A stretch of DNA of 64,000 nt from Camelus ferus. Its lineage: Eukaryota. The notes under the pieces are model-generated. The model did no database searches. It was not told the origin of the DNA and worked only from the letters and a program-made list of their open reading frames with translations. The DNA is taken from the NCBI RefSeq assembly GCF_009834535.1, contig NC_045696.1, forward strand, positions 109,246,001 to 109,310,000. Reading direction: 5' to 3'. Both the position numbers and the translations under genes were made by a program. Shown here piece by piece: positions 25,268-37,965 of the stretch (its first letter is position 1; the number at the start of each line of letters is the position of its first letter).

Positions 25268-28024
25268 CTTCTGGAGGAAAGCTTTATACATGTCTTGTGT
25301 CAGGTTTATGCAGCTGATGCCCAGGGGACACCTCTTGATTGCCTCACTCCTGGTGGCTGGAGGGGCTTGCATTCCTGGATCCCACAAGACTTGACAGGCT
25401 ACCACCCCTGGGGCACTGCACAGAAAGCAGAATGAGGCACACCCACCAGCCTTTCTGTGAAAGATCCTCTTTGCTAATCCTGGAGCTGCACCCTGAGGGC
25501 AGGCTTCAGCTCTGGGTCACATTTAGTGGTCTATGGAGCTGCTCTCAGGAAACGCAGGCTGTGGGTGCCATCCTTACGCTCTCTCTCCCCCCACTTTGCT
25601 CCAGCCTTCTGGTATCTCCCAGAAAGGAGCTTATACACTCATCTGGAGCCCACCCAGTGGACACGTCCAGAGTGCCCGGCTCTGAAAGCAAATGGGACTC
25701 ACCCTGGCAGCCCCTCAGGACTGTATATATTTGCATACTTTAAAAAGCTGCTGCCTGAGGGTCTGGCTTCCAGTCAGCCTGAATCTAGGTGCTGAGATCC
25801 TCCACTTTGAAATGGTGACAAGTCTTGGCACATCCTCAGCTACTGGACAAAATATAACAGGCTGCCTGGACAAGCACAGAGGCTTGAGAGACAATCAGGA
25901 GCTGAGGCAGGGCTGAACAACAGGGCTCATCTCCTACACAAGCCACCCCTGCAAGGCTGGAAGAGGTGGTGGTTTCATCTACTGGACAGAAACCTACTGA
26001 GAGTCAACTAATAGAGATAAAATAGACAAACAACAAGGTCCTGCTGTACAGCACAGGGAACTATATTCAATATCTTGTAGTAACCTATGGTGAAAAAGAA
26101 TATTAAAATGAATATATGTATGTTCCTATATGACTGAAGTATTTTGCTGTACACCAGAAACTGACACAACATTGTAAACTGACTGTACTTCAATAAAAAT
26201 TAAAAAGGAAAAAAGAGAAACCAACAGAGAGTCAAGCAAAATGAAATCACAGGAATATGTTCCAAATGAAAGAACAAGATAAACTTCAGAAAAAAACCTT
26301 GATGAAATGGAAATAAGTAACTTCCCTAATAAAAAGTTCAAAGTAATGGTCATAAAGATGTTCACTGAACTAGGAAAAAGAATGATGAACACAGTGAGAA
26401 CTTCAACAAAGAGACGGGAAATATAAGAAAGTACTGACTAGAAGTCACAGAGCTGAAGATACAATAACTGAACTAAAGAACACACTGGAGAGGTTTGACA
26501 GCAGACTAGATGAAGCAGAAGAAAGGATCACTCAACTCAGAGACAAGGCAGTGGGACTCACCCAATCAGAGCAGCAAAAAGAAAAAAGAATTTGAAAGTG
26601 TGAAGATAGCTTAAGAGATGTATGAGACAAAATCAAACAGACTAATTTTCACTTTATAGAAGAAGAAGAAAGAAGGGGAAAGAACTCTTATTTGAAAAAA
26701 TAATGGTTGAAAACTTCCTTAACTTGGGAAAGAAAACAGACATCCAGATCCAGGAAGCCCTGAAGTTTCCAAATAAGATGACATCAAAGAGACCCACATC
26801 AAGACACATTATAATTAAAACGTCAAAAGTTAAAGACAAGGAGAGAAGCTCAAAAGCTGCAAGAGAAAAACAACTAGTTTCGTACAAGGGCACCACCATA
26901 AGACTATCAGATTTTTCAGCACAAACTTTGCAGGCCAGAGAGTGCAATATATTCAAAGTGCTGAAAGAAGAAAATTCCAACAAAGAATGCTCTACCCAGG
27001 AAGGTTTATTCAGAATTGAAGAAGAGATAAAAAGTTTTCTAGATAAGAAAAAGTTAAAGGAATTCATCACCACTAAGCCGGCCTTACAAGAAAAGTCTCA
27101 AATAAACAACTTAACTGTACACTGTAAGGAAATAGAAAAAAGAATAAATGAAGCCCAAAGTTAGTAAAATGAAGAAAATAATGATTAGAGCAGAAATAAT
27201 TGATATCAATACTAAAAAGACAAGAGAAAAGATCAATGTAACTAATAGCTGGTTTGTTGAAAAGATAAACAAAATTGACAAATCTTTAGCTAGACTTACC
27301 AAGAAAAAAAGAGAGGATTAAATAAATTAAATCAGAAATGAAAGATAAGATGTTACAAATGATACCACAGAAATACAAAGGATTATAACTGACTAATATG
27401 AACAGTTATACACTGACAAATTAAACAACCTAGAGGAAATGCATAAATTCCTAGAGACATATAACCTATCATGATTGAATCATAATGAAATAGAAAATCT
27501 GACCACAACAATTAGTAGCAAAGAGTTGAATCAGTAATCAAAAACCTCCCAACAAACATAAGTCCAGGACCACATGACTTCATTAGTGAATTCCACCAAG
27601 CTTTTAAAGAAGAATTAATATCAATCCTTCTCACACTCTTCCCCAAAATAGAAGAGGGTGGAATGCCTCCAAACACATTTTCTGAAACCACCATTACCCA
27701 TTATCAAAACCAGACAAGGATGCCACAAAAAAAAATTACAGGCTAATATCCTTGATGAACACAGATGCAAAAATCATCAACAAATTATTAGCAAACCAAT
27801 TTGAACAAAACATTAAAAGTATCATACACCATGATCAAGTTGGATTTATTCCAAGGATGCAAGGTTGGTTCAACATTCACAAATCAATTATGTGATACAC
27901 CACATTAACAGAATGAAGGATAAAAATCATACGATCATTTCAATAGAGGCAGAAAAAGTGTCTGACAATACTTAACATCCAGTTTTAATAAGATCTCTCA
28001 ACAAAATGATTATAGAGAAAATAT
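25268..28024 (+). mobile_element. L1 5' (inverted) part: 5'UTR, degraded ORF1 and partial ORF2
   Basis: ORF 26703-27164 has [17 protein letters not shown]...[10 protein letters not shown]...[14 protein letters not shown] (ORF1). 27090-28024 is ORF2 (ccaggaccacatgacttc, accatgatcaagttggatttattcc). Confidence 0.9.
26008..26215 (+). mobile_element. Young L1 3' tip nested in the older L1 5'UTR
   Basis: TSD agaaacctactgagagtcaa (25988-26007) / agaaaccaacagagagtcaa (26216-26235). Confidence 0.9.
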
Positions 28025-29746
28025 TTAAATCTTTAATCCAAATGAAACTTATTTTAGATCTATACCATTTCTTTTCCCAACCAGTAGGAATTGTAAGACT
28101 TTCTACTATTCCTTAAGCCAAATAAATAAATAAGAAGTTTGACCAAAATTATCTTGAGGAATGTGAGGTCTGAGAATGGGCCTGGGGATAGGAATTTTCT
28201 TCAGCATCTCCGTCCATCCCCTGGTGTTTCTTGATGAATGAACAGAATTTGGAATGATCCATCTGGTCAACGTCTTTTCTATCAGAGCCCTTTTAGGGGG
28301 ACAGAATAAACTCCTGTTGTTACAAATCTTGGTTTTTTTGTTTTTGGTTTTGGGTTTTTTTTATGTGTAACATCTACAGGGTTAAGAGTCAGTGTAGGGG
28401 ATAGAGGGTTAGGGTAGATATCTTTATATCAGGATTTGTGAGGCTCTTTTTCTCAAGTTGTCTATGTCAGATCTGGGTGTTTGTGTCATAAATCAATATC
28501 ATGATTTGCATCATCATGTATGTTCAGGTCTCTATCTTGAGAAAGCTGTGTGAGAAGCCCCTAGCAAAATCTTTTACGGTGGAGATGGGTCCAAGAGGTG
28601 TGTGGGGGCCAGGGAGTTCATTACGAAAAACAAAAATGCACTTTGATTTTTTTTCTTTTAATTGAAGGTGGAGAAATGGCTTACTGTTAATATAATAGAG
28701 AATGCTAATATATCTTTCCAGTCGCCAACGCAAATTTCATTGTAAAAGTAGATATGAGATATAGGGGTAAATAAAATCCAAGATATCTAAAGGAACTCAC
28801 TCTTTGCATATGAATTTCCCTAGCTGAAAAATAGGATCAGCTTGGGATCCTTTCCCCCTTATATTTCAAGAATAAATGGAAAAGATTACATCACATAAAA
28901 CCCTGGAGTTACGTACATTCATTTGAATGCTTAAACTTCATTAATTATTTAAGTCTCGGATCATATCTTTCAAATAACTGTTGCTTTTAAAATGCTGTCA
29001 CTGAAACAATCCAAATATCTCTCAATAGGGGACTGGGTGTATCCACACAAAGGAATACTATGTATCTGTAAAACATAATCAGAAATGTCAATATATTCTG
29101 CGATGAAATGATCTCTAGGATATATCCTTAAGTGAAGAAAGCAACACAGAGAACAGTGTGTATGTATGCCTCCTTTACTTTAAGAAAGAGGCAGGAGGAA
29201 TATGGCCGTGTGTATACATACAAATTTGATTATATATTTTTTAAAAAGGAAAAAATAGAAGAATAAACCAAAAAATTAAAAGGAACCAGGGCTCTCTGGA
29301 GAAAGCTCTTGGGCAGGAAATGTACAAGATGAGCCTGGAATATCCTGTGATACCAGAAAACAAGGAAGCCATCAGAGACTACTGGATTCATGCCAAAAGG
29401 GCACAACAGCAAACAGGAAGGACTTCCCACTAACCCAAGAAGGAACAATTTGGATATCAAAATTAATAAACAAAAAAATGTCTGAGAAAATAATGTCTTA
29501 TTTGAGTACTTGATTGAAACAGAATAAGCATTTAAAATCATGAGTTCATAATGATATTAAAGATAATTTATTGGTCAGATAAGTGGATGCTAAGGAACCA
29601 ACTCACTATTTTAAAAAGTGGTAAAGAATAGGGAAGAATAGAGAATTTATTTTGCTTCTTTCATACAAACTGTCTATTAGAGTAGCTGAATAGTTGACGA
29701 AGGAGAATTTTCCATTATAGATTTCCAGCTAATACAAGCAAAGGAA

Positions 29747-30300
29747 TGTGGTAACCAGCGATCTCAATGGTCCCCATGATCCCATCCCCTGCTATTCACA
29801 TGTTGTGTAGTCCCCTCCCACATTGTATCAGGGCTGGTCTGTTTGACCAATAGCACATCGTAGAAATGGTGGCATGTCACTTCTGAGATGAGATCATAAA
29901 AGACTTTGGCTTCCATTTTGTTCTCTCGGTCTCTTTCTTCTCTCTCTCTCTCTCTCTCATTACTCACTCTGAGGAGGCTGCCATACTGTGAGACATTCAA
30001 ATCATCTAAGAAGAAAAAAGTTCACTAGGTGAGGAATGGAATTATTCAGTCAAGAGCCGGTAGGAACTTCCCCTGCCAACCATCATGTGAGTGAGCTTGA
30101 AGGCAGATCCTCCAGCCGCAAGTGACTTTAGCCCCAGTCAGCAGGTTGATTGCTATGTCATGAGTGACTCCAAACCAGAACCATGCAGCTAAGCCTTTTC
30201 CAGTTTCCTGACCCACAGAAGCTATGAGATAATACATGTTTGCTGTTTAAGCTATTAAATGTAGGGATAATTTGTTATGCAGCAATAGATAACTAATACA
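29747..30300 (+). mobile_element. MaLR (MLT1) solo LTR inserted in an old L1M
   Basis: tgtggtaacc...gcagcaatagataactaataca; 5-bp TSD AGGAA (29742-29746 / 30301-30305). Confidence 0.85.
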
Positions 30301-32214
30301 AGGAATGATAGAGTTGAATATCATAGATTTTCACTGACTAATGATCAACAGTAACTGCTAAAATCGTAAGTGCAAGATTAAGGGGGAATTTTATAGTAGG
30401 TAGGTCTGCAGACTGACAGTATCTGAGCTTAGTAATCACATTTTTAAAACAACTGGGTGATTTAAGGTAAATCCCAGACATCATATCATTTCACCCACTG
30501 ATCAATGTTACAAAAAGAGAGCCAAATAGGCATTATATGTCTTCTGATGTGATGTAGTTAAAAGTTCCCTATACTATCTATGAACTATTATTGTTAAAAA
30601 AAAAATTGAACCTAAATTTATCAGGTAGTTTCTGGTGACCAAGTTTCCATTGAGTAGGGAGATGGAAGCCAGACTGGAATGAATTAGCAAGGAAATGAAG
30701 GCAGTGAACTTGACAGTGCATCTGAAAAATTCTTCAGGGATGAAAAACAGAAACGGCTTAGAATAATACAGTTGGGGCATAATCCACAACCCACACCTTT
30801 ACTATCTACCCACATGATTTTGTATGGAGTACAGCTCTGGTTCAGGAAGCTGTGGAGAGCTCATGAGTATGGATTACTTTGTGTGACGATTATAAAGAGG
30901 AAGGAAAACAAATGGAAATTGTTTTCACTGTGCATACATTAAAAATATATATACTATCTTTTAACCAGCTACGACAGTGGCAAAGGAAGACATTAGCTAA
31001 AAATGTTAAGTCTAATTCAGGGGTTAAGTTTTTTTTTGAAGCAAGACTCATCTCTCAAGGCAGGGGACGGAGAGAGTAGGTAAGTGAGAATGGGGGAAAT
31101 GGGGCTGCATCCCTGGGCAGAGCGTCTGACAGGAGAGACCAGGAGGTCTTCTCAGCACCATCACATGTGAGGACCAACCCTTGGAGCAGACTGCCCCGAG
31201 ACGAAGCAGCCTGGGGAAATTTTCCACCTCATAACTTTGTGAGCACTGCCCCACTGTCCCCTCACTTTCCCACAAGAGCAAAGCTAGAACTGATCCTGAG
31301 ACTCCAGTTAATCATTGCAGGGCCTTCCCTCCTGAACAGAACAGGAAACCCGAGAAGCCACGGAGACAGCATCTCCTCTCTCCCGCCCCCGGCCCTGACC
31401 CGCTGCCCCTGTTCTCCATAACAGACAGGTAAGAAAAAAAGGAAGAGTGATCATCCATTTGAAAAGCCACCGACCTCATCTTTCTTCTCCACGTATTTTG
31501 AACTAGCCTTCGAGGAGGGGGCATTGCTGCTCTGAGAGGTAAGAAAACTTACTCTGGGTTTTGAATTCTAAACCTGCCGCACCAGGTATGCCATTCTCCT
31601 TGGCATTCGTCAGTTTGAAGGATTAGAGATAACTTTGCTCCTCGATTCAAGCAACTGACCTATAAACATGGCCACTTCAAGCCCTGCTTGTTCTGCCACT
31701 TTGGCTTTGTAAATTTCCTCCTCATACCTGGGCCAGGACTGCCAGACAGGCCTGTCTTTAGACAAGGAAATGAGACATCCATTTAATCAGCAGCTCTGGC
31801 TGCTCTGTGGCCACACTTCGCCCAGAGGTGCATCCACAACATACACAATCCACCTCCAAAAGTTTGCAGGGGAAGACTGACTGTTTTTCCGAAAAGGGGT
31901 AACACAGGGGAAATCATGCCACCCACCATGGCAGCCACTCCTGGCTCCTATTCTTGGAAAGAAGGGAAGTCGTCTGTCATAAAATGCCCTCTACCCATCC
32001 TCTGGCAGCTTGTTTCGCATCCCCTCCCCTCTTCCAGGCTTCTCGGCCAGAGCAGCCTGCTACGCTCAGCTTCTGCCCCTTCCCTCACCACCCCTCACCT
32101 CAGCAGTCCTGACTGGTCCTGACAAGGGTTTCCTGCTGTTGAATGTTATTAGTCAAAAGAGGTATAGGGGTGGGGGGCCCTGTCCCCAGTGACAAGACTC
32201 CTGTTTTATTTCAT

Positions 32215-32797
32215 TTCTTATTTTTTTTATTGTTTAATTGAAGTATAGTCAGTTACAATATGTCAGTTTCTGGTGTGCAGCAATGTCTGGTGTGCACAAT
32301 GTCCCAGTCATGCATATACATATATTTGTTTTCATGTTCTTCTCATTAAAGATTATTACAAGGTATTGAATATAGTTCCCCGTGCTATACAGAAGAAATT
32401 TGTTTTTTACCTATTTTTATGTATAGTAGTTAACCTTTGCAAATCTCAAACTCCCAAATTTATCCCTTCCCACACCCTTTCCCCCAGCAATCATTAAATT
32501 ATTTGCTATGTCTGTGAGTCTGTTTCTGTTTTGTAGATGAGTTCATTAGTGTCCTCTTTTTTCTTTTCTTTTCTTTTTTTTTTTTTTTAGATTCTACATA
32601 TGAGTGATATCATATGGTATTTTTACTTCTCTTTCTGGCTTATTTTTATTTATTATTTTTTAAAATAAATTTTATTTCATCAGGTCTTTTGGAGGGGATA
32701 ATTAAGTTTATTTATTTGTTAGTGGAAGTACCAGGGATTGAACCCAGGACCTGTGCATGCTAAGCACCTACTCTACCACCAAGCTATACCCTCCCCC
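32215..32797 (-). mobile_element. Young L1 3' fragment (32215-32645) abutting a Vic-1-type SINE (32645-32797)
   Basis: aattgaagtatagtcagttacaat... L1 tail; gggattgaacccaggacc...agctataccctccccc SINE. Confidence 0.85.
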
Positions 32798-32829
32798 AAG
32801 GGACACCCATTTTAATCACTGAGGTCCTT

Positions 32830-33285
32830 TGGGTTTCCTACTGCTGCTGTAACAACTTGCTCCAGACTTAGTGGCTTTAAACAACATGGACTTACTGTCT
32901 TACAGTTCCATAGTTCAGAAGTTATAAATGGGTCTCAGTGGGCTGAAATCAAGGTGTCCACCAGGCTGTGTCCCTTCCTGGAGGCTCCCATGCCTTGATT
33001 CATGGCCCTTGTCACCTTCAAAGCCAGCAGTCGCATTACGCTGACCTCTGCTTTCATCGCCACATCTCCTTATCTGACTCTGCCTCCCTCTTCCACGTTT
33101 AAGGAACCTGTAGATTACACTGGGCCTGCCTGATAACCCAGGAGAGTCTCCTCATCTTAAAGTCAGCTGACTCGCAGCCTTGATGCCATCGGCAAGCTGA
33201 ATCCCCCTTTGCCACATAACAGCATAGTCATAGCTTCTAGGGAGTAGGATATGGACGCCGTGCGGGGAGGGCATTATTCAGTTAA
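32830..33285 (-). mobile_element. MLT1 (MaLR) LTR
   Basis: ctgctgtaacaact...cttagtggctttaaacaaca...gaaatcaaggtgtc...gattacactgggcc. Confidence 0.75.
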
Positions 33286-33836
33286 GACAGAGTTCAGAGG
33301 TCCATGTGGCTGATGGTGGGTTGTGGGGAATGGTCCCCTCCTCCTTTAGCCAAAGGCCTAAACTCGACTCAAACGGGTGGGTAAGGGGCTGAGCCCCTTA
33401 GGATAAGAAAAAACCTTCCTCCAAGTTTAACCTCACACAGCCCTTCCCAGTTTTAGCTCTGCTCCAGTCCTTGTCCTTAACCCCCATGTTAGTGGGCAAG
33501 GGTGGGTGATGAGTGACTTTCAGAAGAAACACAGATGAACAGACACTTTATCCCTGATTCCCCAGGGACATTTGCTCTCCATGATTTCTTCCATTTTCTC
33601 CTGGCAACCTCTCAGCTCACAGCACTGAGCCATCCAGATTTTGTGGGCGGCTTGGCATTTGAAAGTCTCTCCCATTTCCAGGTTAATGCCAGAATCACAC
33701 GGACTCCTTCTCATTGACTCAGAGGGGAGGGGAAGCACCATCTCCCTGAGGCTCTGAACTGTAAATGAAGAAATGCAGGATGGTCACTTGTTTTGACTGG
33801 GGAGCAACCATCACTCCGGATCCCATGCTTACAAGG

Positions 33837-34360
33837 TGTGAGATAGTCTCCAAAGATGGCTGTCATTAATTCCTGCTGCACCTGCTGCTCCTCACATCAA
33901 GATGTGGAGTCTAATTCCCCTGTCTGGTCTGGCTTGAGTGACTTGCTTGACCAAAATAATGTGGTGGAAGTGATACTCTGGGTCTTTTGAGGCTAAGTCA
34001 CAAGGCTCTTGCACGATCCTCTTGGGTATTCGTTCTTGGAATCCAGCTATAATTATGAGAGAGCCCAAGTCACATGGAGAGGCCAAATGTAGGCTCTCTG
34101 CTTACCAGGACCTGCTGAGCTCCCAGCTGACAGTAGCATCAACTCCTAGTTACAGAAGTGAACCATCCTGAACAACACACACCGAGTCAAGCCTTCAGCT
34201 GACTTTAGCCCTGGTTGTTATCTGAATGCAACAGCATTCAAGGTCCTAAGTGAGAACCATCCAGCTGAGCCCAGCCAAACCCCAGAACTGTGAAAAATAA
34301 AAATAAATTGTTATTTTAATACACTAAGTTTTTAGGCAAATGTGTTACAAAAGCAATTGA
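33837..34360 (+). mobile_element. MLT1 (MaLR) LTR
   Basis: tctccaaagatggc...agaaccatccagctgagcccagc...aataaattgttattttaa. Confidence 0.75.
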
Positions 34361-34721
34361 CCTGTAGGGTATACTGAGACCCTTAGGGAACCCAGAACAA
34401 GTCTAGGCAGTGTGCCAGGTGGTGGGGAGGCTACCAAAAAGGGCTAGATGCAGGTAGAGATAGACATAATTATTAAAGACCAAATGTCATAGGACTTTGG
34501 AGGACGGAGATATCGCTCCTGGGGAACAGGTCAAGAAAGTCTTCCTCGGAGAAAATGAGATTGAATGTGAGTCTTGAAACCTGGGTGGAGAATAGGGATG
34601 AGAGAGACTATATCTGAAAGAAGTAACCTGGACAAAAACAGCAAAGCAGAAGAACAAAGAGTAGATGAGACATGTGAGTCGACTTTTCTGAGAACACTCA
34701 TCTTTCAGGAGGCAGTGCAAG

Positions 34722-34737
34722 GGCGCCCTCTACTGGG
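34722..34737 (-). promoter_or_regulatory. CTCF motif
   Basis: Reverse complement CCCAGTAGAGGGCGCC matches the CTCF core. Confidence 0.6.
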
Positions 34738-35344
34738 CAGCCTCCTTCTCTTTCCTCCATTTTCCTACTCTCTACCCGACCCGAACTGACGTTCACACCT
34801 TTTTCGTAGCACCAGGAATAGTTTGGGCTACTCTTAAAAAAAAAAAAAAAAAAAAAAAAAATTCTTGTTATGGTTAGAGTAAAGGTAAATGTCTATTTAA
34901 AAAAACCTCCCAAAATATGGTGGCTTAAATTATGTGGATGTTTATTTTTCTCTCCTATGTAACAGTTATAAGGTGAGACCTGTTCCTTATGATCATTCAA
35001 GGACCCAAGTCCTAAGTCATTGCTCTGCTATCCCCCCAGTCAATGTCATTAATTGTACGCTGGCAACTTGGTCACCACCAGACCCAGCCAGTCTGAAAGA
35101 GGGAAGAGAAGTGGAGGGGGCGAGCCTGATGCCCTGGACCTGGAAGAGGCACACATCACTTCCCTCATGTACCTTTGTCAAGAACTCGGTCATATGGCCT
35201 CACCTAAGCCCCAGGGAGGTGGGGAAATGTAGCCCAGCTGGACAGCCTAGTAGTTCTATTACTAGTGCGAAAGGGGGGCCTGGGAGCTCCTTGAGGACAG
35301 AGACCACATTTTTTTTTTCTGGAACAACTGATTATATAAGAAAT

Positions 35345-35650
35345 ATATTTATTATTTTATTTTATTTTTCTGTTTCCTTTTTTTTTTTTAAACAGAGGTA
35401 CTGGAGATTGAACCCAGGACCTTGTGCATGCTAATCATGTTTTCTACCACTGAGCTATAGCCACCCTCCTATTTTATTTTTTTGATTTACAATGTTGTGT
35501 TAATTTCTCGTGTACAGCACAGTGATTCAGTTATACATATAAATACTTCTTTTCATATTCTTTTTCATTATGGGCTATTACAAGGTATTGAATGTAGTTC
35601 CCTGTGCTCTACAGTGGGACCTTGTTGTTTATCGATTCTGCACATAGTAC
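35345..35650 (-). mobile_element. Vic-1-type SINE inserted in the A-tail of an L1 3' tip
   Basis: SINE body 35393-35470 followed by gatttacaatgttgtgttaatttc...gtagttccctgtgct (L1 3' end). Confidence 0.8.
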
Positions 35651-36674
35651 TTTAGGAACCACATTTTCTCCATCTCTGGTCCCCAGCACTGAGCCTGCTG
35701 CCTGACCCGGGGCAATGTTCAGTCCACGCCTGCTGAATGGATGAAGCTATTGCGGGAGCGTGGGCTGGACGTGATGAAGGTGTAAGCCACTGCGGGGACC
35801 CGACCTGAGAAAGAGAGAGGAGAGATGTGGAAAAATTTAATAGGGAAATGCAGAGGGCTTGATGAATCTTGCCAGAACAGAGAGCTTTGAATGTTACGAT
35901 CTTTTCGTGATCCAAGTTGACAGCTCTTTGGCTCAAGTTGAAAGAAAGTGAACTGAACACCTCACCTCACAGAAATGTACTGAGTGCATTCCAAAGTTAG
36001 GAAATTCCTCAATTATTTCAAAATCACTTTAGGCAAGAGCAGAACTCGAGCTTGAAGACTTTCAGGGTTCTTGTTCTGTACTTGCCTCTGCTACTATTAA
36101 CAGGCTGGAGCACCAAACCTCACATCAGGGCTTCTACCTGGCGGCCCTTCCACACCACGGGCCATCATTCGTGCCCCATCAACACTTTTCCGGAGGGCTG
36201 GCAGACCCCCAGAAGTGGACGTGTCTGCTCCCTCACTGATGTCCAGACACAGGCTGCTCTCTAGAAACCAGGCTCTGTGGCTAAGCCCAGTTGGGACACG
36301 TCATTCTTCAGCATCAGCTCTAGCTTTGGAATCAGCACAGACAGAGCCTGAATTCGAGCTTTGCCATTTACCGCCGGCTTTGGTCAAGTTACACCACCTG
36401 TTTAAATCCCAGCTTCTCTCCCTGCAAAAAGGGGGGCTACATCACTTGGATCTATGAGGATTAAATGAGGTTTGGGGGTAAAGCACTTGGCCCTTAATAT
36501 GCTCGTAATAAACAACAGCTCTTAAACTGTTAGGACAGCTAGGAGTTCGGGCCTCTGTGGCCTCTCGAGTCAAAGGATATTAACAGCATAATGAAAATAA
36601 TAGCCAGTTATGGCCATTCACAAAACTCAGTTGTGTAAAATAGAACCTTATTAATTCCTTGAACTGTTCTTATT

Positions 36675-37143
36675 TTTTTTTCTTCATTTTTTAATTGAAA
36701 TATAGTCAGTTTACAATGTGTCAATTTCTGGTGTTCAGCATAATGTTTCAATCATACATATACATACATATGTTCTTTTTCATATTCTTTTTCATTATAA
36801 GTTACTACAAGATATTAAATATAATTCCCTGTGCTATACAGAGAAAATTTGTTGTTTATTTATTTTATATATAGTAGCTCGGTAATCGCAAATCTCGAAT
36901 TCCCAATTTATCCCTTCCTATCCCCTTTCCCCCTGGTAACCATAAGTTTGTTTTCTATGTCTGTGAGTCTGTTCCTGTTTTGTAAATAAGTTCATTAAGT
37001 TCATTTTTTTTTTTTTTAGATTCCACATATGAGTGATATTATACGGTATTTTTCTTTCTCTTTCTGGCTTACTTCACTTACAATGACGATCTCCAGGTCC
37101 ATCTATGTTGATGCAAATGGTGGTATTTTGTTCTTTTTTATGC
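36675..37143 (-). mobile_element. 5'-truncated young L1
   Basis: Same 3'UTR as the 11250 and 59474 copies; degenerate TSD aactgttcttatttt/aactggccttatttt. Confidence 0.9.
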
Positions 37144-37915
37144 AAACTGGCCTTATTTTGATGCTGTGACTCTGGCCTGGCCTCTGAGGGACAAGCTGAT
37201 CCTGGTGGATGCGTCCTAGTCCAGGACTGCTCAGCCAAATTTGGGATGATTATCCAGTTGGAGCTCAGAGATTATTTTCTCTTCCTCTTCACTGCTGCCT
37301 GGTCCAGCATAATCTGAGACCTTCTCTCATCACTCACCATGCAGAGGGAGAAACATCCCTTTTTTGGTCTCCTATGTTTCCGGGACCCAGGCTGTTGTCA
37401 GCTACTAATGTCCTGTGGTCTCTGGTGTTCTCTCAGAAATGATGGTGTGACAGCTGTGGTCAGTGGCACATCCTGTCCCATCCCACGAAGCCCCACCTCA
37501 CCCTTCCATCAGTGCTAAGGGTCAGGCCTGTCTCTCTACCTCCTGGGACCGGCCAAGCTCATCCCAGCCAGGCCAGCTTGTATCTCACTACGAGCTCACA
37601 GAAGCCTCCACGCCACTCTTGGGCCTGCAAAACACTGGGGTCCATTCACATCTAAATGTGCTGCCATTCCTCTGGCTTCCCTCAGTGCAAGAACCATCTG
37701 GGCAACTGCACCTTGGACACTGAGCCCACAAGCCTTTCCTTCTCTGTGGTCCCCAGGGCAATGCTTCTTCCCCCCTCCCACCCTCCCCACATCAGAATCC
37801 CGCTGTGAGGAAAACAGTTCCATCGCTTATCTCCCTTGCTCTTCCTCCATAGCTCTGTCTCCCGTCTCCTTCCTCCTCCAGCACAAAGCTCTTTTTATGG
37901 AGGTGGAAGAAATAT

Positions 37916-37917
<2 letters not shown>

Positions 37918-37962
<45 letters not shown>
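37918..37962. repeat. (CA)n microsatellite
   Basis: Direct reading. Confidence 0.95.

Positions 37963-37965
<3 letters not shown>

Noticed and set aside
35772..35809. C/D snoRNA-like GTGATGA...CTGA
   Set aside because: The boxes are only ~38 nt end to end, there is no terminal stem, and the site is not in a host intron.
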